Below, piece after piece: positions 1 to 10,967 of a stretch of DNA of 64,000 nucleotides. Location of the stretch: contig CBDUYR010000001.1 in assembly GCA_965371515.1 (NCBI GenBank), positions 64,001-128,000 of the forward strand, written 5' to 3'. The notes under the pieces are model-generated. The model ran no database searches. It saw only the letters and a program-made list of their open reading frames with translations, and was not told where the DNA came from. The first letter of the stretch is position 1, and each line of letters begins with the position of its first letter. The DNA is from an uncultured bacterium (GTDB lineage Bacteria > Krumholzibacteriota > Krumholzibacteriia > Krumholzibacteriales > Krumholzibacteriaceae). The translations under genes were made by a program, and so were the position numbers.

Positions 1-1
1 G

Positions 2-1039
2 ACACTCCTCGAGCTAGGTGAATCGAAGGACGCCGTAAAGCGGTTCGAAGAGGCGATCAGGCTCGAGGGATCCGACACCTGCCGGATCCTCTCCGGGAGG
101 TCGAGGTCGTATTATTCCGCCGGCGAATCGAAGAAGGGGAACCGTGACCTCGACGGGCTGATCCGGCAGTGCCCGGGTCACATCGGGACGGCGCCGGCCC
201 TCCTCGCCCGCGGTGAGGCGGCCGTCGAAGCGGGCGACTGCGCGGGGGCGGCGGAGACGCTCGAATACCTGCGCGAGCATTACGCCGGCTCGGAGGCAGC
301 CGCCGGAGCGCTTTACCAGCTGGCCCTCTGCGACATCCGACGGGGGGGATATGCGGAGGCGATAGAGAGGCTCGGGCTCTTTCTCAGGGAGTCCCCCGAA
401 TCGCCGATGACCGGCCAGGTCTATTTCAAACTGGCCACCTCGCACTACGCTTCCGGTAACCATAACCTCGCCGCCTCGAACTACGCCCTGGCCGCCGAAT
501 CGATGACAGACCGCGAGAGAAAATACACGGCGATGGCGAATCTCGCCCGGGTCTACCAGGAGCTCGAGGAGTGGGAAAAGGCAGGTGACGTCTGGAAGGA
601 CGTGACCGAGCAGTTCCCCGAGAGGGATGGCATTATCGAGACCTTCTTCAAACTGGGATTCTGCTACAGTCAGTCAGGCGACTTCGAACTGGCCTGGGGT
701 GTGTACAGAAGGATACCGGCCGTCGCGGTCACGGAGGAACAGCAGGGCAGGGCCCATTACTGGGCGGGGATATCGCTGAAGAACCTCGGCCGCTTCGACG
801 AGGCGGTCCGCGAGTTCCTCCGCGTTCCGTACCTGAAGACGGGCGGCATGTGGGGCGTCACCTCGAAGCTCGAGGCGGCGGTCTGCTATGAGAGGCTCGG
901 CAGGATCGACGAGGCGAAGATCATATACGCGAAGATAGTCTCGTCTCACGGAGAGAACTCCAACTGGGGCTCGATGGCGAAAAAGTCTCTCGACAGGCTG
1001 GAGGCCGGACAACAGCAGCCGGAAAACAACGGAGAGTGA
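2..1039 (+). CDS. Tetratricopeptide-repeat protein (BamD/CpoB-like repeats), 5'-truncated by window edge
   Basis: The frame of ORF 407..1039 is open back to position 2 (TLLELGESKDAVKRFEEAIRL...ALYQLALCDIRRGGYAEAIERL...). Repeated TPR helices such as FFKLGFCYSQSGDFELA and AHYWAGISLKNLGRFDEAVREF. Confidence 0.8.
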   Translation, partial: TLLELGESKDAVKRFEEAIRLEGSDTCRILSGRSRSYYSAGESKKGNRDLDGLIRQCPGHIGTAPALLARGEAAVEAGDCAGAAETLEYLREHYAGSEAAAGALYQLALCDIRRGGYAEAIERLGLFLRESPESPMTGQVYFKLATSHYASGNHNLAASNYALAAESMTDRERKYTAMANLARVYQELEEWEKAGDVWKDVTEQFPERDGIIETFFKLGFCYSQSGDFELAWGVYRRIPAVAVTEEQQGRAHYWAGISLKNLGRFDEAVREFLRVPYLKTGGMWGVTSKLEAAVCYERLGRIDEAKIIYAKIVSSHGENSNWGSMAKKSLDRLEAGQQQPENNGE

Positions 1040-1070
1040 TCCGGAAGTGACGGGCAGGAAGGGCGGCCGA

Positions 1071-3914
1071 ATGGCTCATGAAGACCTCATTGTCAGAGGC
1101 GCCAGGGAGCACAATCTCAAGAATATCACAGTGACCATTCCGCGCGGGAAGTTCGTGGTCATCACCGGCCTGAGCGGCTCGGGAAAATCCTCGCTCGCCT
1201 TCGACACTATCTACGCCGAGGGCCAGAGACGGTACGTCGAGTCGTTGTCGAGTTACGCGAGGCAGTTCCTCGAGCAGATGGAGAAACCCGATGTAGACTC
1301 CATCGAGGGCCTCTCTCCCGCGATATCCATAGATCAGAAGACGACCTCGAGGAATCCCCGGTCGACCGTGGGGACTATTACCGAGATACACGACTACCTC
1401 AGGGTGCTCTTCGCCCGTGCGGGCGAGCCGCACTGTCCCGGATGCAGACGGCCGATCAGACGACAGACCGTCGCGCAGATCGTCGACAGGCTGACCGCCG
1501 CCGGGAAGGGCAGGAAGCTCGTCATCATGGCTCCGGTGGTGAGGGGCCGCAAGGGCGAGCACAGGGCGCTCCTCGAGAAGTTCGCGAAGGACGGGTTCAC
1601 CAGGGCGAGGGTCGACGGGGAGATGTTCGACCTCGGCGAGGAGATCGTACTCGACAAGAAACGCAAGCACGACATAGAAGTGATCGTCGACCGCGTGACG
1701 ATCAAGCCCGGCGTCGAGAGGCGTCTGGCCGACTCTGCCGAGACGGCGGCAAGGGCGGGGGAAGGGATCATCATGGTCCTGCAGGGAGGCGAGGAGACAT
1801 TGTACAGTCTCGAGTATGCGTGCCCGTACTGCGGCGGAGGACTCGGCGAGATATCTCCGAGGATGTTCTCGTTCAACTCTCCCTACGGGGCCTGCCCGAC
1901 CTGCCACGGCCTCGGTACGACTAACGATTTTGCCGAGGAGCTTCTCGTGCCCGACCCGAAGCTGAGCGTCGCCGATGGCGCGCTCGCATCGATCGGTTCA
2001 CCCAAGGCGAACTGGTTCCGGCTGAGACTCGATGCCCTCGCCGAGCTCCACGGATTCTCCCTCCACAAGCCGTTCGGAAAGCTCTCGAAGAAGGCACGCA
2101 GAATGATACTCGACGGGACCGACGACGAGATCGTCGTCCAGTACGACTTCGAACGTGGGAAGGGTGAGTACTATACGAATTGGGAGGGAATAATACCGAA
2201 CCTGCGCCGCCGTTACCATCAGACCCGTTCCGAGGCGGTAAGACGCTGGATAGAGACCTTCATGACATCGAGCCCATGCTCCGACTGCCGCGGCACGCGG
2301 CTCAAGCCGGAGAGCCTCTCCGTTACCCTTGGTGGCCGAAATATCGCCGAGGTATCGTCGCTGACGATCGAGAGGGCGTCGGAGTTCTTCGGATCGCTCG
2401 GCCTCGAAGGCAACAGGGCGATCATCGGCGGCCCGCTCCTGAGGGAGATCACGTCGAGGCTGCAGTTCCTGCGCAACGTAGGGCTCGACTACCTCTCGCT
2501 CGACCGCTCGGCCGGCACGCTGGCAGGCGGCGAAGCGCAGAGGATAAGACTCGCCACGCAGATCGGATCGAAGCTCGTGGGCGTCCTCTACATACTCGAC
2601 GAGCCGTCGATCGGTCTTCACCAGTGCGACAACGCGAGGCTGATCGCCACCCTCAAGGAGCTGCGCGACGCGGGCAACACGGTCATCGTGATCGAGCACG
2701 ACAGGGACACGATCCTCTCCGCCGACCATGTCATCGACCTCGGGCCGGGCGCGGGAGAGCACGGAGGCGAAGTCGTCGCCGAAGGGACCCCCGACGAGAT
2801 CTCGGCGGTCGAAAGCAGCCTCACCGGCAGGTATCTCGCCAGGGAGAGATTCTTCGAATTGAAGAGCGGCAACGGGAGGGGCACCGGCGAGGCCCTGGTC
2901 CTCAGGGGAGCGCGTGAGCACAACCTGAAAAATATCACCGTCGAGTTCCCGCTCGGCCGTCTTATATGCGTCACAGGCGTCTCCGGCTCGGGAAAGAGCA
3001 CGCTCATCGGGGACGTTCTCTACAGGGCGCTCCACAGGATCTTCTACCGCAGCACGAGGCTCGCCGGCCGGCACGACGGGATCGACGGAGTCGAACATAT
3101 CGACAAGGTAATCAACATAGACCAGTCCCCGATCGGGAGGACGCCGAGATCGAACCCGGCGACCTACACCGGGATCTTCGGTCCGATCAGGGACCTCTTT
3201 TCGAGGCTCCCCGAATCTCAGGTCCGCGGCTACAAGCCGGGGAGGTTCAGTTTCAATGTCAAGGGCGGCAGGTGCGAGACATGCAGGGGAGGGGGGATGA
3301 TCAAGGTCGAGATGCATTTTCTCCCCGACGTCTACGTTCACTGCCAGCAGTGCAAGGGGAAACGCTACAACAGGGAGACGCTCGAGGTCACATTCAAGAA
3401 CCTCAACATCGCCGAGGTCCTCGAAATGACCGTTGACGAGGCGCACGATTTCTTTAAGAATATCCCTTCCGTGAGGAGGAAGCTGAAAGTGCTCAGGGAG
3501 GTCGGGCTCGGGTACATCCGTCTCGGCCAGCCCGCGACGACCCTGTCGGGCGGGGAGGCGCAGAGGGTCAAGCTTTCGTCCGAGCTTTCCAAGGTCAGCA
3601 CAGGGAGAACGTTCTATATACTGGACGAGCCCAGCACGGGCCTCCACTTCGAGGACGTCAAGATGCTGATGAGCGTTCTCGACAGGCTCGTCGAGAAGGG
3701 TAACACGGTGCTCGTCATCGAGCACAATCCCGATATCATAAGGTTCGCCGACCATATCGTCGACCTCGGCCCGGAGGGAGGAGAGCGCGGCGGCGAAGTA
3801 GTATACACCGGTTCGCCGGCCGGCATCACCGGCTGCGACGGCTCGCACACGGGCGGTATGCTCAAGCGGTATGTCCGGACCGCAAACAGGAAGAGAAAAA
3901 AGAACAAATCCTGA
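1071..3914 (+). CDS. uvrA: Excinuclease ABC subunit A
   Basis: GAREHNLKN, two Walker A motifs ([18 protein letters not shown]), zinc fingers, [24 protein letters not shown] at 1071 chosen as start. Confidence 0.98.
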   Translation: MAHEDLIVRGAREHNLKNITVTIPRGKFVVITGLSGSGKSSLAFDTIYAEGQRRYVESLSSYARQFLEQMEKPDVDSIEGLSPAISIDQKTTSRNPRSTVGTITEIHDYLRVLFARAGEPHCPGCRRPIRRQTVAQIVDRLTAAGKGRKLVIMAPVVRGRKGEHRALLEKFAKDGFTRARVDGEMFDLGEEIVLDKKRKHDIEVIVDRVTIKPGVERRLADSAETAARAGEGIIMVLQGGEETLYSLEYACPYCGGGLGEISPRMFSFNSPYGACPTCHGLGTTNDFAEELLVPDPKLSVADGALASIGSPKANWFRLRLDALAELHGFSLHKPFGKLSKKARRMILDGTDDEIVVQYDFERGKGEYYTNWEGIIPNLRRRYHQTRSEAVRRWIETFMTSSPCSDCRGTRLKPESLSVTLGGRNIAEVSSLTIERASEFFGSLGLEGNRAIIGGPLLREITSRLQFLRNVGLDYLSLDRSAGTLAGGEAQRIRLATQIGSKLVGVLYILDEPSIGLHQCDNARLIATLKELRDAGNTVIVIEHDRDTILSADHVIDLGPGAGEHGGEVVAEGTPDEISAVESSLTGRYLARERFFELKSGNGRGTGEALVLRGAREHNLKNITVEFPLGRLICVTGVSGSGKSTLIGDVLYRALHRIFYRSTRLAGRHDGIDGVEHIDKVINIDQSPIGRTPRSNPATYTGIFGPIRDLFSRLPESQVRGYKPGRFSFNVKGGRCETCRGGGMIKVEMHFLPDVYVHCQQCKGKRYNRETLEVTFKNLNIAEVLEMTVDEAHDFFKNIPSVRRKLKVLREVGLGYIRLGQPATTLSGGEAQRVKLSSELSKVSTGRTFYILDEPSTGLHFEDVKMLMSVLDRLVEKGNTVLVIEHNPDIIRFADHIVDLGPEGGERGGEVVYTGSPAGITGCDGSHTGGMLKRYVRTANRKRKKNKS

Positions 3915-3938
3915 CCTGTACTGGAAAGAGAGGATCAG

Positions 3939-5048
3939 ATGGCCCTGAAGACACCCCTTTACGATTCGCACGTCGAGAGAGAGGGCAGGATAGTAGAGTT
4001 TGCCGGATTCCTCATGCCGGTCACCTTCGAGGGGATCGTTGCAGAGCACGAGATAGTCCGCACGAAGGTCGGTCTCTTCGACGTGAGCCACATGGGAGAG
4101 ATCTTTATCACCGGGCCGGGAGCGATTGATTTCGCCGACTACGCAGTAACGAACTCGGTAGCGAATCTCGACGAGGGGCAGATCTGCTATACCGTATGCT
4201 GCAACGAAAAGGGACATGTCCTCGACGACCTGCTCGTATACAGATTTTCAGATGAACGGGTGTTGTTTGTCGTGAATGCCGTCAACGTCGTGAAGATCTT
4301 CGAGCACCTTCTGTCTATAGCGCCCGACGGCCTGAAGCTCAGGAACCTCACAGCCGGTATCGGACAGATCGCCGTCCAGGGACCGGCCTCGGCAGACCTG
4401 CTCGCGTCCGATCCGTTCTTTTCGCGAGTGGCGGACGGGATCAGGGAACTGCAGTACTACAGGTTCTTCACCTTCGAACACGAGGGTTCGGAGATCCTCC
4501 TGTCGAGGACCGGGTACACGGGAGAGCGTGGTTACGAGATATATCTCCCCGCCGGTATGGCGAAGGGAATCTGGGACGGATTGCTCGACGGGGGCAGAGA
4601 GTACGGTGCCGCACCGATCGGCCTCGGGGCGAGGGATACGCTGAGGTTCGAGCCGGGGTACTGTCTCTATGGACACGAACTGGACGAGGAAACCTCGCCG
4701 CTCGAGGCGGGGCTCTCCTGGGTGGTGAAGCTGAAGAAGGACGATTTCGTCGGCCGCGAGGCGCTTGCCAGGGAGAAGGATGAAAAGCCGGCCCGAAAGC
4801 TGATCGGGCTCGAGGTCATGGGCAAGGGGATCCCCCGGCAGGGATTCGCCGTCCATCACGACGGCGAGACGGTCGGGAAGGTGACCTCCGGCACATTCTC
4901 GCCGACGCTGAAGAAGGCGCTTGCCATGGCGCTCGTTAAAAGGTCTGTACCGAAGAAGGCGGAAGGGATTACAATCGACATCCGCGGCAGGGCCGCATCC
5001 GCCGTGCGAACGCCGCTGCCGTTTTACAAGGGCAGCGTAAATGACTGA
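3939..5048 (+). CDS. gcvT: Glycine cleavage system aminomethyltransferase T
   Basis: LKTPLYDSH, GLFDVSHMGEI, SRTGYTGERGYE, GLGARDTLRFE. Confidence 0.97.
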   Translation: MALKTPLYDSHVEREGRIVEFAGFLMPVTFEGIVAEHEIVRTKVGLFDVSHMGEIFITGPGAIDFADYAVTNSVANLDEGQICYTVCCNEKGHVLDDLLVYRFSDERVLFVVNAVNVVKIFEHLLSIAPDGLKLRNLTAGIGQIAVQGPASADLLASDPFFSRVADGIRELQYYRFFTFEHEGSEILLSRTGYTGERGYEIYLPAGMAKGIWDGLLDGGREYGAAPIGLGARDTLRFEPGYCLYGHELDEETSPLEAGLSWVVKLKKDDFVGREALAREKDEKPARKLIGLEVMGKGIPRQGFAVHHDGETVGKVTSGTFSPTLKKALAMALVKRSVPKKAEGITIDIRGRAASAVRTPLPFYKGSVND

Positions 5049-5104
5049 ATGAAGCATAGAGCAGACTGCCGGAACGGGGACTCTCTTTAAAAGGAAGGTG
5101 TGCG

Positions 5105-5491
5105 ATGGTTCCTGAAGAATGCACTTACACCAAAGATCACGAATGGGTATATCACGAGGGCGGCGTCGCCGTCATCGGGATCAGCGAGTACGCTGTGACG
5201 GAGCTCGGAGATATCGTCTTCATCGAGTTGCTCGAGCAGGAATCGAACGTCAAACAGATGGATCCGATCGGCACTATCGAAGCGGTCAAGACAGTGGCGG
5301 AGCTCTTCTCGCCGGTGAGCGGGGAGATCATCGAGGTCAACGAGGCGATCATCGAGCACCCCGAGATCGTAAACCGCGACCCGTTCGAGGAAGGGTGGTT
5401 CATCAAGATAAAGATGAACGATCCCGGAGAGCTCGACAACCTGTTCAGCTTCGAAGAGTATTCGGAATTCCTGGGCGAGCAGGAGCATTGA
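5105..5491 (+). CDS. gcvH: Glycine cleavage system H protein
   Basis: YTKDHEWV, LGDIVFIEL, lipoyl-lysine motif IEAVKTVAELFSPVSGEI. Confidence 0.97.
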   Translation: MVPEECTYTKDHEWVYHEGGVAVIGISEYAVTELGDIVFIELLEQESNVKQMDPIGTIEAVKTVAELFSPVSGEIIEVNEAIIEHPEIVNRDPFEEGWFIKIKMNDPGELDNLFSFEEYSEFLGEQEH

Positions 5492-5513
5492 GAGATAACG
5501 GCAAGGAAGGTCG

Positions 5514-6869
5514 ATGAGCTACGTTCAGAACACCGACAGTGACAGGCTCGAGATGCTGAAAGAGGCAGGGGCCTCTTCCTTCGAAAAACTGCTCGAGCCG
5601 ATAGACGTGAAGCTTCGCGTCGACGGCGGCCTCGATATCGGCCCCCCGATGAGCGAGGCCGAGGTTGCCTCGAGGCTCGGCGCCCTCGCCTCGGCGAACA
5701 GCCCTGCCTCGGAGATGGTCAGCTTCCTCGGGGGCGGTATCTACGACAGGTTCATACCCGCGACCGTGAGATACGTCCTCTCGCGGAGCGAGTTCTACAC
5801 GTCTTACACTCCCTACCAGGCGGAAGTAAGCCAGGGCACCCTTCAAGCGATATACGAGTACCAGACGATGATAGCCCGCCTCACGGCGATGGATGCGGCG
5901 AACGCCTCTATGTACGATGCCTCCACGGCGCTCGCCGAGGCGATGCTTATGGCCGCCGCGATCAAGCGCACCGGGAGGGTCATCGTTCCGGCCTCGCTTG
6001 CCAGGAGAGTGCGGGCCGTGCTGGACAGCTACGCGGTGGGGAAGGGTGTCGTCATAGACGAGGTTCCATTCGGCGACGACGGAACGATTGACAGGGAGAG
6101 GCTTGCGGAGATGCTGTCCGGGAAGGCCGCTGCAGTCGTGCTGGCCCAGCCGAACTACTTTGGGCTGATCGAGGACGCGCGGGCTGTTTCCGGTATGGCG
6201 CACGAGGCCGGAGCGCTGCTGGTCGTCCTCGCCGATCCAGTGTCGCTTGCGCTGATCGAGCCGCCCGGAGAATACGACGCCGACATCGTGGTGGGGGAGG
6301 GCCAGTCGCTCGGTATCGCCCAGAGCTTCGGGGGTCCGCTGCTCGGTTTTCTGGCGGCGAAGACGCCGTACCTCAGAAAATGTCCCGGCCGCCTGATCAG
6401 TGCGGCAGTAGACGTCGATGGGAACAGGGGATATACGATGACTCTCCAGACACGCGAACAGCATATCAGGAGGGAAAATGCGACATCGAACATATGTACC
6501 AACGAGGGCCTCGTAGCCCTTGCCGCCTCGGTCTACCTCGCCACCCTCGGCGAGGACGGCTTCAGGGAGGTGGCGCTGCAGAGCGCTTCGAAGGCAAGGA
6601 CTCTCTACCGGATGCTTGCGGAGGCCGGCGGCGTCGGCCTGCCGTTCGGCGAGAACTTTTTCCAGGAATTTGTCATGACCGTACCCGGCGGCGCGGACGC
6701 GTTCGTAGCGAAGGCGAGAAAGCGCGGCGTGCTGGCGGGGATTCCGCTCGGGAAGGATTTCCCCTCGCTCGGCGGCGATGCGATCCTCGTTGCCGTGACA
6801 GAGAAGCGCACAAGGGCGGAGCTCGAGCTGTTCCGTGATCTGGCGACGGGGAAGGGGGGTGCGGCATGA
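5514..6869 (+). CDS. gcvPA: Glycine dehydrogenase (decarboxylating) subunit 1
   Basis: EFYTSYTPYQAEVSQGTLQAIYEYQT, NASMYD, TREQHIRRENATSNICTN. Confidence 0.97.
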   Translation: MSYVQNTDSDRLEMLKEAGASSFEKLLEPIDVKLRVDGGLDIGPPMSEAEVASRLGALASANSPASEMVSFLGGGIYDRFIPATVRYVLSRSEFYTSYTPYQAEVSQGTLQAIYEYQTMIARLTAMDAANASMYDASTALAEAMLMAAAIKRTGRVIVPASLARRVRAVLDSYAVGKGVVIDEVPFGDDGTIDRERLAEMLSGKAAAVVLAQPNYFGLIEDARAVSGMAHEAGALLVVLADPVSLALIEPPGEYDADIVVGEGQSLGIAQSFGGPLLGFLAAKTPYLRKCPGRLISAAVDVDGNRGYTMTLQTREQHIRRENATSNICTNEGLVALAASVYLATLGEDGFREVALQSASKARTLYRMLAEAGGVGLPFGENFFQEFVMTVPGGADAFVAKARKRGVLAGIPLGKDFPSLGGDAILVAVTEKRTRAELELFRDLATGKGGAA

Positions 6870-8320
6870 GCACAACGATATTCGAAAAAGGCACGGCCGG
6901 AAAGAGCGGAAACTTCATAGCGGCGAACGACTGTCCCGTCGAGGATCTGGGTTTCGCGCACCCGCGCGGCGGAGAGATCGGCCTGCCCCGCATAGGCGAG
7001 CAGGACCTGATCAGGCACTACGTAGAGCTCGCTTCGAAGAACTATCACATAGACAAGGGGATGTATCCCCTCGGCAGCTGCACGATGAAATACAACCCCG
7101 TGATCAACGAGGAGGTGGCGGGACTCGGCGGGTTCACCGGGCTCCATCCCCTCCAGTCTGAGGAGGATGTGCAGGGCGCGCTCGAGCTGATGTATGAGCT
7201 CGAGTCGGACCTCTGCGAGATCTGCGGGATGAGCGCGTTCAGCCTGCAGCCGGTCGCAGGCGCCCACGGGGAACTGACGGGGATGATGATCGCGAGGGAC
7301 TGGTTCCGCCGCAGAGGAGAGGAGAGGAAGACTGTCCTCGTCCCCGATTCGGCGCACGGCACCAACCCGGCGAGTGTCGTTATCTGCGGGTTCACGCCGA
7401 AGACGATCCAGTCGAACGAAGCGGGGCTCATCGATCCCGATGCGCTCGAGAGAGAGGTGGGTGCCGATACGGCGGTCCTCATGCTGACGCTGCCCAACAC
7501 GCTCGGCCTGTTCGAGAGAGACATCGAGCGGATAATCAGGATCGTCCATGACGCCGGCGCCCTGATCTATATGGACGGCGCGAACATGAACGCCCTGCTG
7601 GGCATAGTCCGCCCGGGCGCGATAGGCGTCGACATCATGCACGTGAACCTTCACAAGACCTTCTCCACGCCGCACGGCGGCGGCGGCCCCGGATCGGGGC
7701 CGGTCGGAGTGCGGGAACATCTCGCCGGGCTGCTTCCCGTGCCGAGGGTCGTGAAGGAGAACGGCCGGTTCTCCCTGGAAGAGGATATCGAGGAGTCGAT
7801 CGGCAGGGTCCACCCGTGGTTCGGCAACTTCAATGTTTTCGTCAAGGCATTCGCTTATATCAAGGCGCTCGGCGGCGAGGGCCTCAGGGAGACATCGGAG
7901 AACGCGATCATAAACGCCAATTACCTGATGAAGAAGGTCGAGGAACACTACGACATCAAGTATCCCGGCCGGTGCATGCACGAGTTCGTAGCCTCTGGAA
8001 GGAATCTCAGGCAGTTCGGTGTAAAGACGGTCGATGTGGCCAAGCGGCTGCTCGACTACGGCCTTCATGCCCCGACGGTCTACTTCCCCCTGATCGTCGA
8101 GGAGGCTCTTATGATCGAGCCGGTCGAGACGGAGAAGAAGGAGACCCTGGACCATTTTGCCGATGTGATGGCGGCGATAGCGAAAGAAGCCGAAGAGAAT
8201 CCGGAGATCCTCCACGAGGCGCCGGTGACGACGCCGGTGAGGCGTCTCGACGAAGTATCTGCGGCCCGCAGCCCGGAACTCTGCTGGCCCGGCGAGGAAT
8301 GCATGCCCGGGGAGGACTGA
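6866..8320 (+). CDS. gcvPB: Glycine dehydrogenase (decarboxylating) subunit 2
   Basis: YPLGSCTMKYNP, SAHGTNPAS, PLP-lysine motif NLHKTFSTPHGGGGPG, RLLDYGLHAPT. Confidence 0.97.
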   Translation: MSTTIFEKGTAGKSGNFIAANDCPVEDLGFAHPRGGEIGLPRIGEQDLIRHYVELASKNYHIDKGMYPLGSCTMKYNPVINEEVAGLGGFTGLHPLQSEEDVQGALELMYELESDLCEICGMSAFSLQPVAGAHGELTGMMIARDWFRRRGEERKTVLVPDSAHGTNPASVVICGFTPKTIQSNEAGLIDPDALEREVGADTAVLMLTLPNTLGLFERDIERIIRIVHDAGALIYMDGANMNALLGIVRPGAIGVDIMHVNLHKTFSTPHGGGGPGSGPVGVREHLAGLLPVPRVVKENGRFSLEEDIEESIGRVHPWFGNFNVFVKAFAYIKALGGEGLRETSENAIINANYLMKKVEEHYDIKYPGRCMHEFVASGRNLRQFGVKTVDVAKRLLDYGLHAPTVYFPLIVEEALMIEPVETEKKETLDHFADVMAAIAKEAEENPEILHEAPVTTPVRRLDEVSAARSPELCWPGEECMPGED

Positions 8321-9114
8321 TGGCGGGATGGTTCCTGATCGACGACGAGCCGGCGAGCGGTGCGAGAAACATGGCCGTCGACGAGTTTCTACTGAAAAGA
8401 GCCGAAAACGAAGGCGGAGCCCCGGTGCTCCGCCTTTATTCATTCAGCCCGCCGGCGATCACGATCGGTTACAATCAGGATATGGATCGCGCGATCGACA
8501 TGGCGGCGGTCGCGGCCGATGGGCTCGATGTCGTCAGGAGGGTAACGGGTGGAAGGGCTCTCCTGCACGACGGGGAGCTGACCTACTCTGTGACAGCGCC
8601 TCTCGGCCAGCCGTTCGGGCAGGGGCTCGCCGGTACCTTCCTCGCCATAGCCGGGGTGATCGTCTCGGCCCTCCGCTGCGCCGGTGTTACAGCGGAGACA
8701 GGGGGAACCCGGCACGGAAGAGGTGAGAGCGCGATGTCGTCACCCTGCCTCGTCTCAACGAGCAGGCACGAAATAACGGCCGGAGGAAAGAAGATCTCGG
8801 GGAGCGCGCAGAGGAGGACCGGCCGGGCATTCATACAGCACGGATCGATCCTGCTCCGCAGCGGCTCCGAAAGAATTGAACATTACCTGCGCGGTGGATG
8901 GAAGGGACTTGCCGGGATGATCACGACAGTCGAGGCCGAGACGGGGGATCCCGGAAAGGAAAGGGAGCTGCGCGGCCATATAATGGACCGATTCGGCGAG
9001 AGGTTCGGCGGGGAGCCGGAGGAGCTCGTCTTTTCTGAAACAGATCTGGCCGCGATAGAATCGGCGGTGGCGGAGAAGGATGCCGAGCTCTTCGCCGGAA
9101 AGGCGGAACGGTGA
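8320..9114 (+). CDS. Lipoate-protein ligase A family / LipM-like octanoyltransferase
   Basis: NMAVDEFLL, VVRRVTGGRALLHDGELTYS, KKISGSAQRR, QHGSIL. ATG overlaps the gcvPB stop (TGATG). Confidence 0.88.
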   Translation: MAGWFLIDDEPASGARNMAVDEFLLKRAENEGGAPVLRLYSFSPPAITIGYNQDMDRAIDMAAVAADGLDVVRRVTGGRALLHDGELTYSVTAPLGQPFGQGLAGTFLAIAGVIVSALRCAGVTAETGGTRHGRGESAMSSPCLVSTSRHEITAGGKKISGSAQRRTGRAFIQHGSILLRSGSERIEHYLRGGWKGLAGMITTVEAETGDPGKERELRGHIMDRFGERFGGEPEELVFSETDLAAIESAVAEKDAELFAGKAER

Positions 9115-10097
9115 TGGCGAGATACTTCGCGGGCAGGCTCGGGCAGTCTGTACTCCTCGTCTGGCTCGTCCTGACCATCACGTTCTTTCTTCTGCATCTC
9201 GCTCCGGGCGATCCCATGGCGAGGTACGACGATCCGGAGATGGACCCGGAGACGGTCGAGATGATGCGGAGGCAGTTTGGCCTCGACCGAAGCGTACCGG
9301 AGCAGTATGCGAGATGGATCTCGAACTTCGCCCGGGGGAATTTCGGGATCAGCCTGAGGTACAACCGCCCCGTCTCCGAGCTTCTCGCTTCGGCCGTTCC
9401 CAACACGCTGCGCCTGACCCTCCTGGCGCTTGCCGTATACATGATCCTCGGCGTGGCCCTCGGGGTCACGTCCGCGGCGAGGAAAAACTCTCTCTTTGAC
9501 CGCATCGGCACGCTCACCGCTCTCGTCGTATATTCGATCCCGTCATTCTGGCTGGCCCTGATGCTGATAATGCTCTTCTCGCTGAAGCTCGGCTGGCTGC
9601 CGTCTTCCCACATGCAGTCGATAGATGCCTCGAACTTCGGCGCCCTCGAGCTCTTTCGCGACAGGGCGGCCCACCTCGTCCTGCCGGCGTTCGTGCTTGG
9701 AGTTGCATCGGCAGCGGGCATGGCCCGCTACATGAGGGGCAGCATGATCGACGAGCTGAGGAGCGACTATGTCCGCACGGCTCGCGCCAAGGGTCTCTCG
9801 GAGGGTGCGGTGCTGATGAAGCACGCCTTCCGGAACGCGGCGATACCGATCGTGACGATCGTCGGCCTGAGCATTCCGTTCCTGCTCGGCGGCTCTGTCG
9901 TGACGGAGAAGATATTCTCGTGGCCCGGGATGGGATCGTTGATGGTCGAGTCGATATTCACTAGGGATTACCCCGTTGTCCTCGCGATCAACTTCATTGT
10001 CTCGGTGATGGTCATCCTGGGAAATCTCCTCGCCGATTTCGGCTATGCGCTCCTCGATCCGAGGATCGCCTATTCCGGAGAGGAGGGAGAACGATGA
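9111..10097 (+). CDS. Peptide/nickel ABC transporter permease (DppB/OppB family)
   Basis: APGDP, FGLDRS, SIPSFWLAL, DYVRTARAKGL, EKIFSWPGMG, RDYP. Confidence 0.93.
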   Translation: MMARYFAGRLGQSVLLVWLVLTITFFLLHLAPGDPMARYDDPEMDPETVEMMRRQFGLDRSVPEQYARWISNFARGNFGISLRYNRPVSELLASAVPNTLRLTLLALAVYMILGVALGVTSAARKNSLFDRIGTLTALVVYSIPSFWLALMLIMLFSLKLGWLPSSHMQSIDASNFGALELFRDRAAHLVLPAFVLGVASAAGMARYMRGSMIDELRSDYVRTARAKGLSEGAVLMKHAFRNAAIPIVTIVGLSIPFLLGGSVVTEKIFSWPGMGSLMVESIFTRDYPVVLAINFIVSVMVILGNLLADFGYALLDPRIAYSGEEGER

Positions 10098-10951
10098 GCG
10101 GCGGCAGGTCCCTCTGGTCGGCAGGATGGGCGAGGTTCCGTCAGAACCCCCTGGCGATGGCCGGTGCGGTCACGGTCCTTCTGCTCTACCTCGTCGCGAT
10201 ATTCGCCCCCGTGCTGACTCAGTACGATCCCGTCTCTCACGGCGACCTTCCGGAGATGAGGCACCAGCCGCCGTCGAGGGAACATCTCCTCGGTACCGAC
10301 AAGTTCGGACGCGATGTCCTGACAAGGTTGGTCTACGGCTCGAGGATCTCGCTGATGGTGAGCTTCCTTGCCGTTACGATATCCGTCGTCCTCGGATCGA
10401 TAATAGGAGCGGCCGCAGGGTATACCGGCGGGATAGTCGATGCCGTGCTGATGAGGATGGTCGACGCGCTTATGTCGATCCCGAGACTTTTCCTGCTGCT
10501 GACGTGTATAGCCCTGTTCTCGAGGAGCCTTCTGCTCGTCACCGTCCTGCTGGGCGCGACGGGATGGATGGGCACGGCCCGCCTGGTGCGCGGGCAGATC
10601 CTGTCGTTGAAGAACAGGGAGTTTGTCAGCGCGGCCGAGGCGCTCGGAGCGGGGAACAGCCGTATCGTCCTCCGCCACCTCATACCCAATGCGCTGACCG
10701 TGATAATCGTTTCGGCGACACTGAGGATAGGCCTGATCATACTCGTCGAAGCGGCCCTGAGTTTTCTCGGCCTCGGCGTCCCGCCCCCGACGCCGAGCTG
10801 GGGACAGATGGTCTACGAGGGACGCGATGTCCTGCTCGACGGCTGGTGGGTTTCGACCTTTCCAGGCATGGCGATTGTTGTTACAGTGGTCGCGTACAAT
10901 CTTCTCGGGGACGGCCTGAGAGACTCGTTCGACCCGATCCAGTTCACATAG
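10094..10951 (+). CDS. Peptide/nickel ABC transporter permease (DppC/OppC family)
   Basis: [54 protein letters not shown]. Confidence 0.93.
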   Translation: MSGGRSLWSAGWARFRQNPLAMAGAVTVLLLYLVAIFAPVLTQYDPVSHGDLPEMRHQPPSREHLLGTDKFGRDVLTRLVYGSRISLMVSFLAVTISVVLGSIIGAAAGYTGGIVDAVLMRMVDALMSIPRLFLLLTCIALFSRSLLLVTVLLGATGWMGTARLVRGQILSLKNREFVSAAEALGAGNSRIVLRHLIPNALTVIIVSATLRIGLIILVEAALSFLGLGVPPPTPSWGQMVYEGRDVLLDGWWVSTFPGMAIVVTVVAYNLLGDGLRDSFDPIQFT

Positions 10952-10967
10952 ATGGCAGAGAAGGAAT

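Noticed and set aside
3915..3938. Glycine riboswitch before gcvT
   Set aside because: Only 24 bp separate uvrA and gcvT, leaving no room.
7816..8319. N-terminal extension of the lipoate ligase ORF, and similar extensions of ORFs at 11843, 13996, 17792, 27370, 36587 and 51828
   Set aside because: They overlap upstream genes in another frame. Downstream ATGs with RBS or stop/start coupling give family-typical N-termini.
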